The notes under the pieces were generated by a model, which saw nothing but the letters and a program-made list of their open reading frames with translations, did not search any database and was not told where the DNA came from. Shown here in pieces: positions 56,709-64,000 of a DNA stretch of 64,000 nt. The translations under genes and the position numbers were made by a program. How positions within the stretch are numbered: the first letter of the stretch is position 1; each line of letters begins with the position of its first letter. The DNA comes from a virus: the IMG/VR virus record IMGVR_UViG_3300009709_000003, positions 1-64,000 of that record. One strand, 5' to 3'.

Positions 56709-59135
56709 TCATAGTCCGGTCAAGGGCTGGGGATCGTTACCAGTGTACTGCATAGTAATAACACCACGCGACTCAGATGAGCGTACTTTTACAGTAGCAA
56801 CGCCCGCATCCAAGTCCATGAAAGTCAACTTGGGCTTGCCAAGAATGCCGAAATCGTGGTAGTATTTATCGCTTTCAAGACCCTTAATGAAAGAAATGAT
56901 TTGATGTTTCACTCCGCCATCAGAGAAATTCTTAAAATGTTCTGGATCCCAAGCCACATCTAGCATGAGGTATCCATTATCCTCGGACGAGGTAGTGGAG
57001 TACATACGCGTCACGTGCATTCTAGTGCGCGTTTTAGATGGAGGCATGCCATTGTCTTTATGGTCATAGTCCTTGCGATCATCCTTAGAAGGCGTGTTAT
57101 ATGCCATAGGACGATTGACAGGGGCTGCCTGTTTTGTAGCACCAGTCATCTCAAATGCGCCATGCCCCATAGCTTCCAAGAAAGCTGGCACACCGCCATC
57201 ATAATAACGGTCAATTGCGTCCGTTAGTTCGCCAGGGGAGGCATGTTCAATACTCTCCTCAGAACCCGGCTCAAATACATCCATGCACCATGCGCGAGCT
57301 TCCTCGATCAAATCTTCTGGAATGCGTTGTGCGACTTTGTTTGCTTCCATGTCACTTTTTGACTTCGGTTGCTGCTGCTTCAAATCTTTACGCTGTGAGT
57401 GCATAGAACCTCGCAATAATCTCATGACCCGGTCAAGAGTCTGTCTCGACTCAGTCATGGCAACTGCGAGTGCATCAGTCTTGTCCATTTCACTAAATGC
57501 CATCACTTGCTTGGGGTGCCGTTGCAACCAATCCAACAAAGATGCTGAGATAGTGTCCGCAACAGATGCATCAGTGGCTGCCTGAGCAATCGCCCACTCC
57601 GCCAAGGAACGAATATCCATCGCTGTCTTAGCCGAGCCACCCTTCATGTGTTTGAACATTTCCACTTGCTGGAGACGGTGCTTAGCTTCTTCTTCCGTGT
57701 CGTAGCAACCACCATTCCAATCGGGGTTGTGTTCACTTTTAACGCAGTACTTACCTTTTTCCTTAACAATCTTAGCAAATTTTTGCGCCGATTCTTTACG
57801 ATTATTCAAAGATCGTGGGATATTGCGAGTCCATTGTTTCCCATATGAACCAAAATATTTAGTCCAATAATCCTTAGTGGCCTTATCTACAGCCATCTTA
57901 TCAAGGCTTGCAGTAAATTCCATTTCGGCTTCGGCAGTACAACCATTGTGCTTATCCAAAATGGAGTTGGCGGTATCAAGGACAATATCCTTAGATGCAG
58001 CCATGTGGAAACCGTACTCCTGTACATTGACAGGACCATTTGTACCAGCCAACATAACCATCGGCAGATCAGCAGCTGCATCCACCTGCACAAACCCACT
58101 GACCGGGGTTCCAGCAGATGTGTTGAGCGCGCCAGTACGGTCCATATACACTCGGTCTAGTTTATCGTCCTCGTCGCGTTTGTTAAGTTCAAATGACAAC
58201 TTAAGAACATTGCCACCTTCGGACATCTCGGTATGACCGGGAACCGCTGAGTATCCGGGGTTTGCCGCGTTAAAACGACCAAGAATCCAACGAGCGGCCT
58301 CTTCAAGATCGGCGGCTACGTCCGCTGTCTTATCGGTCTGCTGTACAAGAGGACTGACAGCCATTGGTCCGGTACCTTCCATTTCTTCAGAAGATAGACC
58401 ACGACTACGCTCCATGGTGTCTCCACCTTGAGGTTTTACGTCGGCGTCTGCCTTTTTCTTAGGCTCGTGATACTTAGCTTCCTCGTCCAAATCTTTCTGA
58501 CTAGGCTTTTTACCAGTACCACGACAAGATGGACATGAGGCAGGACCATGACCCTTTACTTCACCCATGCCACGACACATGGTACAATCTTCAGCAGTGG
58601 CTTCCTTTTCAAAAATCAAGCTTAGAACACGATCGCCACGACCGTCAACGTCCACCAGACGAGCATTTTTGACATTAGTGTCCGCCCACAACAACAGCTC
58701 GCTGTCTGTGGGTCGACGCTCGCGAAATTGCACATCATACACAAAGCGACTGGGACTAACTTGGTGTTCGGCAAGCTTGGTCAAATTTACAATACGACCA
58801 TTAGCCATTGCTTTACGAATGTCACTAGCATTTGCTTTAGTGGCAATCAAAAATTGCTCTGGCACGACATAAGTCTCACCGGGTTGAGTCTGAACTAGAT
58901 ACCCTTCATTATTTTTACCAGCGACAGAACCGGTATAACGCATTTGATGATGATTAAATACAACCCGGTCACCAAACTTAAATTTGGAGTCTTCAGGAAG
59001 TTCAACCTTTTCCGCCAAACGTTGCGTTGCCCAATCATCTAAATTCGATATAGAACTAAGATCTGAGGACTTAGGGGTAGCAGTTTGCTCTTCAGAAGCT
59101 AGCTTTGCAATAAAATAATCGTCGGTGAGTTCCAT
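56709..59135 (-). CDS. Putative head-internal mosaic polyprotein (808 aa)
   Basis: SH3-like, CxxCxGxG Zn finger, YW-xx-YF-xx-YG, KYCV...GCY and YYxGG modules separated by K-x-A motifs; SD GAGG. Confidence 0.6.
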   Translation of the reverse strand: MELTDDYFIAKLASEEQTATPKSSDLSSISNLDDWATQRLAEKVELPEDSKFKFGDRVVFNHHQMRYTGSVAGKNNEGYLVQTQPGETYVVPEQFLIATKANASDIRKAMANGRIVNLTKLAEHQVSPSRFVYDVQFRERRPTDSELLLWADTNVKNARLVDVDGRGDRVLSLIFEKEATAEDCTMCRGMGEVKGHGPASCPSCRGTGKKPSQKDLDEEAKYHEPKKKADADVKPQGGDTMERSRGLSSEEMEGTGPMAVSPLVQQTDKTADVAADLEEAARWILGRFNAANPGYSAVPGHTEMSEGGNVLKLSFELNKRDEDDKLDRVYMDRTGALNTSAGTPVSGFVQVDAAADLPMVMLAGTNGPVNVQEYGFHMAASKDIVLDTANSILDKHNGCTAEAEMEFTASLDKMAVDKATKDYWTKYFGSYGKQWTRNIPRSLNNRKESAQKFAKIVKEKGKYCVKSEHNPDWNGGCYDTEEEAKHRLQQVEMFKHMKGGSAKTAMDIRSLAEWAIAQAATDASVADTISASLLDWLQRHPKQVMAFSEMDKTDALAVAMTESRQTLDRVMRLLRGSMHSQRKDLKQQQPKSKSDMEANKVAQRIPEDLIEEARAWCMDVFEPGSEESIEHASPGELTDAIDRYYDGGVPAFLEAMGHGAFEMTGATKQAAPVNRPMAYNTPSKDDRKDYDHKDNGMPPSKTRTRMHVTRMYSTTSSEDNGYLMLDVAWDPEHFKNFSDGGVKHQIISFIKGLESDKYYHDFGILGKPKLTFMDLDAGVATVKVRSSESRGVITMQYTGNDPQPLTGL

Positions 59136-59217
59136 GAGATATCCTCTTAGTTGTTGGCGTAAACAGAGTCATGTGACCCGTTAATGTTCATGCTTTAGCA
59201 TTGGACGACGGTCCCCG

Positions 59218-61971
59218 TTACGCAATTGTTTCCATGTGTTGATCAGGAGCCAGTTCCTCTCCATACAATTCTTTTGCCTGTTCGGGAGTGAGGATATCAA
59301 CATGACCATCGTTCAACATCTCGTGTAGACTGTCCTCGTCTTCTCCAGGCTGCGTAAGAATCCATGCCTTAAATTTCTCCAATGCCTCTGCAGCACTAGA
59401 CGCTTTAACTTCTGCATCAACTTGGGGATCGGCATTAACAAGACCACCGATAATCCAATAAACCGATTTACCACCGTCTTGTTGCGCTGACTTGCTCACG
59501 GAATCCCATTTCTTCGTCTGCGCGTTATCGCGTCCAGACGAGTCTGGTTCAGTTGAGGTATCGGACAGCGAGACACCCTTTTGTTCAGTCGCAGGATGTT
59601 GAGCCTTGGGCTTACCTGCACCGAAATTGCCGGGGTCTTTGCTCTCCGTACCAGGTTCAGTAGAAGTGTTCGAGAAATTACCTTGCGGCTTAACTTGATT
59701 ATTGATCTTGGGTTGTTTAAAACCTTCGTCACTAGTGGTGTCTTTTCCAAGTACGCCCTTTGCAACGCTGACTGCATCGGGCTGTTGGTTGTTAACTTTG
59801 GGATCCATCGCAGACGCTTGATGGATCTTACTTGCGTCAATCGTCCACACGCGGCAAGCAATGGGAAGTACTGCTTCAGGCGAGAACTCGTCTTTGTACT
59901 CTTTTTTAAACTGTGCAATAGCAGAAACCGGATCCATGCCTTGCGACCTATAATACATCAAAGCGGCTTGAATGACTTGAATGTCGCTCCAGCCAAATTG
60001 TTCTTCAGGTTGCATTTGCACGCCCATTTCGTCAGCAAGACCTTCTGCAGGCTCTTCCAACGGACCACCACCTTCCGGCATAGGACCGTCTGATTCCATG
60101 GGTGCTTCCTCAGAACCAAATTGAATCTGTGCAAATTGTTTGTGTTGTGGCATGTTGCGAAGTTCATCAAGATCGGTCTCGATGTCTCGAACAATATCCA
60201 TCTCTTTTTTCTCTTCTGCAGGGTCGTCCATATGTTCGTCATCAGCAATCTGATGGAAACCCGCATTAACCAACTTATCCCAAGTGTTTGCTAAAGCCTC
60301 TTGGTCATCAGCTGCTACGATAATATGGCGCTGCTCAGCCAATTTGTGACTGGCCACACGTGAAGCAGGAGCGGCCAAAGTAAAAATCTTCACTTCGCTC
60401 ACCTGACTGTCTTCTAGAGCTGCAGTCACATAATCTGGGTCGATATTAGACGCACACTTACCACAATGCAGATGCTCCGCATCTTTAGGCATAGTGTAAA
60501 CGTTAGCATGGTCACAAGATGGACACCCAACTTTCAAACCAGCTTCGACGGTAAACACCGCTGGAGGGGGCGTTGATTGCACCAAGTAGATGTAATCATT
60601 GATGGCCCCATCCATGTTGCGCATGGAATACTTCCGAGGAGTCTTGCCATTGCTAAGCACAACGTTATTATCGGCATCCACAAAAAGTTTATAGCTGTCA
60701 AACGAGACGGACGAGCCGTTCAACAATTGTTGCTCAATGCTGGATGCTTTCAAGATTTGAGCCGCGTCAGGCAATTTCAATGCATCCTCTTGTTGTTCAT
60801 TAACGTCAGGATCTTTAGGCCCAGCCGCCATCTCGCCCAAACGTGAGCCATGCTTCCCATCACCGTCAGAATCAAGCATGTGATCAGTGATAAAGATATC
60901 CCAACCACCTGGATAATAGTCGTTGACGGCATCGACAATTTCGGCGTCCTGCATATCTTCATGAAAGAATGCGAGATTGTTTTCACGCAGCCAGTCAAAA
61001 GCTGCCTCGATCATCATCTGGTCGTCCATCTGTGGTTTCATACGCTGGGCGGTAGGCATCATCCCAGTACCAGCCACCCCAGTGTTAAGTTTGGGGTCTG
61101 GGGTCTGATTGTTGGGTTGTTGCACCTGTTGATCCGGTGGCACCGCCTGTTGAGTCTGGGGAGGCTTTGGCACATTCAGAGCATTCAAAGATTGAGCGTC
61201 CATAGGCTGTTGTGAAGGCATGCCATTCGGCAAAGCTTGTGAGATCCGGCTTGCCACTCGTTTCTCAATGGTGTCGTTTTCAACTTCAGCCGTGCTACCA
61301 AGTGTGCCTCCAGCGTTGGGGTCATTGGCTTGCGGAGTAGAAGACACCGAAGCACGTTGAACCAAATCGCGAATAAAAGCACGAGCGCGCACGGCTTGCA
61401 AGTCAGACCCACCCAAACGATGGTGCTCAATCAGAGCATTATAGTCTTCTTGAGACTTAATGTCACGAGCAATGCGGGTAAGATGAGCAACAGGCAAATT
61501 GTTAAAAGACACTTTACTAAGAACGGATGACACCACTTTATGGATACTAGATTGCTTGTTTCCACCAGTGTAGTGATTCAAGAGCTGATTAAGATACCCA
61601 TATGAAATAGTGTCGGTGGGTGCTTCATACCACAACTTTTGCAAATGGGTAGCGAAACGCTTCAAGGTAGCATCTTTCGGATTTTCACGTGACGCATTCT
61701 TTACGCCTTCAAACAGATCAAAACGCGTGGTAATGGCGGTGTCACTTTCCAATTCGGCCTTGGTATGCAAGGCATCTGCTTTTTTACGTGCTGCAGCCAT
61801 AAACGGCAGATTAGCAGCAACTTCATGTCGCTGACGTTCCTCTTCTTGTTGCTCTTGAAGCTTAGCATGGCGTTCAAGCAATTTGTCGGCGTTCTGAGAC
61901 AGCGGGCCATCTCCTGAAACGTCTGCGACTTTTTGTTTGATAAACGAACCGAGGGCTTTCTTGGTCTGCAT
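59218..61971 (-). CDS. Putative head-internal mosaic polyprotein (917 aa)
   Basis: Low-complexity linkers, YYPGG module, CPSC...CGKC ribbon, C-terminal module after SKSAQQ. Confidence 0.6.
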   Translation of the reverse strand: MQTKKALGSFIKQKVADVSGDGPLSQNADKLLERHAKLQEQQEEERQRHEVAANLPFMAAARKKADALHTKAELESDTAITTRFDLFEGVKNASRENPKDATLKRFATHLQKLWYEAPTDTISYGYLNQLLNHYTGGNKQSSIHKVVSSVLSKVSFNNLPVAHLTRIARDIKSQEDYNALIEHHRLGGSDLQAVRARAFIRDLVQRASVSSTPQANDPNAGGTLGSTAEVENDTIEKRVASRISQALPNGMPSQQPMDAQSLNALNVPKPPQTQQAVPPDQQVQQPNNQTPDPKLNTGVAGTGMMPTAQRMKPQMDDQMMIEAAFDWLRENNLAFFHEDMQDAEIVDAVNDYYPGGWDIFITDHMLDSDGDGKHGSRLGEMAAGPKDPDVNEQQEDALKLPDAAQILKASSIEQQLLNGSSVSFDSYKLFVDADNNVVLSNGKTPRKYSMRNMDGAINDYIYLVQSTPPPAVFTVEAGLKVGCPSCDHANVYTMPKDAEHLHCGKCASNIDPDYVTAALEDSQVSEVKIFTLAAPASRVASHKLAEQRHIIVAADDQEALANTWDKLVNAGFHQIADDEHMDDPAEEKKEMDIVRDIETDLDELRNMPQHKQFAQIQFGSEEAPMESDGPMPEGGGPLEEPAEGLADEMGVQMQPEEQFGWSDIQVIQAALMYYRSQGMDPVSAIAQFKKEYKDEFSPEAVLPIACRVWTIDASKIHQASAMDPKVNNQQPDAVSVAKGVLGKDTTSDEGFKQPKINNQVKPQGNFSNTSTEPGTESKDPGNFGAGKPKAQHPATEQKGVSLSDTSTEPDSSGRDNAQTKKWDSVSKSAQQDGGKSVYWIIGGLVNADPQVDAEVKASSAAEALEKFKAWILTQPGEDEDSLHEMLNDGHVDILTPEQAKELYGEELAPDQHMETIA
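59479..59497. repeat. 19-bp exact repeat, copy 1 (second copy 62643..62661)
   Basis: ttgttgcgctgacttgctc, encoding SKSAQQ on the minus strand; extends to 25/27 identity. Confidence 0.85.
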
Positions 61972-62034
61972 TGTTATACCTTATACGCACGTGCTTGCAC
62001 ACTATTATAAATAAAGCACACCTTGGGTAATCGA

Positions 62035-62400
62035 CTATTTTTTGGCGTCAAAACCGCTACAGTCAGTAGTTATGCATATATTACACATACTATTCCATTT
62101 TCTACACTGCATGCAGATACTATCCCCAGGGGTGTAGACATCTTTAATGCTAAGAGCAGATATGAATTCGGCACCACTAGCTTTAGATAGCATTCTGTAC
62201 GCTGTATTTATACGTATGAATTCTGAAGTATCACCACCAACATCAGGATGTTTAGTGGTAGCCAACTGTTTAAACTTGGATTTTATTTCAAGTTGTACAG
62301 TGTCTAATGTAGGGTATGTATTTGAAGTTGACCAAATTTCGGCATGAACCTTGACCAGATCCCACACATTTAAAGTTTGGGCGGCCTCTTTCAGGTTCAC
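62035..62400 (-). CDS. J-domain protein with C-terminal Cys cluster
   Basis: IKSKFKQLATTKHPDVGGDTSEFIRINTAYRML (HPD motif). Confidence 0.8.
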   Translation of the reverse strand: MNLKEAAQTLNVWDLVKVHAEIWSTSNTYPTLDTVQLEIKSKFKQLATTKHPDVGGDTSEFIRINTAYRMLSKASGAEFISALSIKDVYTPGDSICMQCRKWNSMCNICITTDCSGFDAKK

Positions 62401-63938
62401 TTGCTGCCTTTGCCGTTCACGTAGTCATAATCTTCTTGATTAAATCGCCATTCTTTCTGAGCCAACGCTACAGCTTGATTATCAGGTAGTCTACTGTACT
62501 TACGTGATTGTTCCCACTCGTCATTATCACGAAGTTCTTGCACCAATTCACGCCATGCAGACTGTTCATCTGCGGCCTGCAGCATGATACGCCAACCTTG
62601 ATTGTTAATGAAATACCAAGTCGGTATTTTGCCACCGCCGTTTTGTTGCGCTGACTTGCTCTGGTAACCACCGGTTACCGGGAATACTTGCAAGCTGGTC
62701 AACTTACCATCGTTTGAAAATGATGCCTTAACCAAAGAACGCTTGATATGATCACCACTGCGAACCACATGCGCAGCCTCAATAACCAACGAGCCGTCCT
62801 CGCCACGCCAATGTGACAAAGGCGCAACCGTACCAGATTGGGCGTCTTTGTTGGCTTTACGCATAGCCAAACGTAGGCGACGTGGAATGTCACGCACCCA
62901 CATCTCGCCGTACTCGTGAAAGTACTCAGTCCAATACTTCTCTGTTGCCGTGTCAACCGCCACTTTACTCATGTTAGCCATTTTATCTACCTTTCTGTTT
63001 GACGTTTTACTTACCATGGGATCAGCCATGGTGTCAACCATGGATTTGTTGACTTTGCCAGTACCTTTGCAAGCAGTACATTCTTTATCTGTACTACCCA
63101 TTCTAGATGTATATCCTTTACCACCACATGCATCACAGGTAACTTTCATGCTGGTCTTCTTTGGTGCCGGTTTAGGGGCTTCGTTGTATTTAGGTGGCGT
63201 TGATGCCGGAGCGAGAGCATTAGACTTCATGAGTTGTGAAACGTCGCTACGCAGAAATCCAAGATTGCGTTTAATGTCAGACAGGGCTGCGTTTGGGTTG
63301 TCAACCATTTGCAGTGTAATATCGATCAATTGTAGAATCTTTTGTGGAGCATCGGCTGGAATTTCAACTGCGCCTTTAGCAGTACGCTGGTTGGCAAAAG
63401 CCTTACCATAATTCTCAGCGGTTTCAAGCAAAGATTGAGTAAAAGCGATTTTAGTCTTTAGATTGATGTTCTCAGCCGTAGCAGGCAAATCTTTAACACT
63501 TGAGACCAAATCATTCACGGAAGCGGTTATGTGCTTCCAAACTTCAACAGGAACACTTACCAAAGTGGCAACGCGTTTAGATGACGCCCCACGCTGCTTA
63601 ATGGGACCGAAATAGCGATCAAATTGATCACTCTCATCGGTAGTCATATCACGTTCCACTTTCATATCTGTTCTCATAAGAGCGCCATACTGTGACGCAT
63701 CTAAAGTTTTGTTGATAATCTGTACAGGCCCCTGTGTTGGTATCAACACCATACTTTGATACTGATCGGACCACATCAATTGTGTGCCGTCACTAAATGT
63801 AGTAGTGCCCGATCGTACAGTAGGCATTAAAACCGTACGCAATACTTGTACGTTAGGCGTAGTAGAAGTATTAGTCGTCGTACCGGCTGGAGTTGCCGGC
63901 GTTTGGGGAGCTTGAACTTGTGCAATTTTAGAACGCAC
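62397..63938 (-). CDS. Putative head-internal mosaic polyprotein (513 aa)
   Basis: CDACGGKG...CTACKGTG Zn finger, YWTEYFHEYG module, C-terminal module after SKSAQQ. Confidence 0.6.
   Translation of the reverse strand: MRSKIAQVQAPQTPATPAGTTTNTSTTPNVQVLRTVLMPTVRSGTTTFSDGTQLMWSDQYQSMVLIPTQGPVQIINKTLDASQYGALMRTDMKVERDMTTDESDQFDRYFGPIKQRGASSKRVATLVSVPVEVWKHITASVNDLVSSVKDLPATAENINLKTKIAFTQSLLETAENYGKAFANQRTAKGAVEIPADAPQKILQLIDITLQMVDNPNAALSDIKRNLGFLRSDVSQLMKSNALAPASTPPKYNEAPKPAPKKTSMKVTCDACGGKGYTSRMGSTDKECTACKGTGKVNKSMVDTMADPMVSKTSNRKVDKMANMSKVAVDTATEKYWTEYFHEYGEMWVRDIPRRLRLAMRKANKDAQSGTVAPLSHWRGEDGSLVIEAAHVVRSGDHIKRSLVKASFSNDGKLTSLQVFPVTGGYQSKSAQQNGGGKIPTWYFINNQGWRIMLQAADEQSAWRELVQELRDNDEWEQSRKYSRLPDNQAVALAQKEWRFNQEDYDYVNGKGSK
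62643..62661. repeat. 19-bp exact repeat, copy 2
   Basis: Identical to 59479..59497. Confidence 0.85.
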
Positions 63939-63999
63939 TTTTACGAATGTCCTCTAATTTGGTGTTCCAAATTACATTCTGCCCATTTTTCAAATTAAC
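63928..63999 (-). CDS. 3' end of an upstream gene (partial)
   Basis: Open frame ...VNLKNGQNVIWNTKLEDIRKSAF* from the window edge. Confidence 0.4.
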   Translation of the reverse strand, partial: VNLKNGQNVIWNTKLEDIRKSAF

Positions 64000-64000
64000 C

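Noticed and set aside
1-64000. Stop-codon reassignment
   Set aside because: Long intact genes end in TAA, TAG and TGA with tight packing under the standard code; the apparent gap at 1..2561 is an edge-truncated ORF.

Overview
A 64-kb segment of a large tailed phage (myovirus) genome using the standard genetic code and containing an almost complete virion morphogenesis module on the minus strand. In transcription order (right to left): a cluster of large, acidic, mosaic putative head-internal proteins with a J-domain gene and a probable small terminase; large terminase with a LAGLIDADG intein in Walker A; a pyrophosphatase-domain protein; portal; Zn-finger prohead protease/scaffold; decoration protein; HK97-fold major capsid (Bxz1-like by motif recall); an HNH endonuclease and accessory genes; a structured RNA followed by a PLMP-like-domain fusion protein; two signal-peptide-bearing proteins including a 1958-aa fibre; neck proteins interrupted by a plus-strand island; tail terminator; sheath; three tube paralogues; tail chaperones with a -1 slippery site; a short tape measure; and baseplate genes. 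The most novel candidates are (1) head 'polyproteins' built from small shuffled modules bounded by [K/R]-x-[A/S] motifs, probably cut by the prohead protease, with a 19-bp exact repeat at one module junction; (2) a multi-hairpin RNA directly upstream of a nuclease-less IscB/IsrB-type PLMP domain; and (3) apparently Sec-exported fibre proteins sharing an upstream motif with the capsid genes. All product calls come from motif recognition and synteny; no database searches were run.
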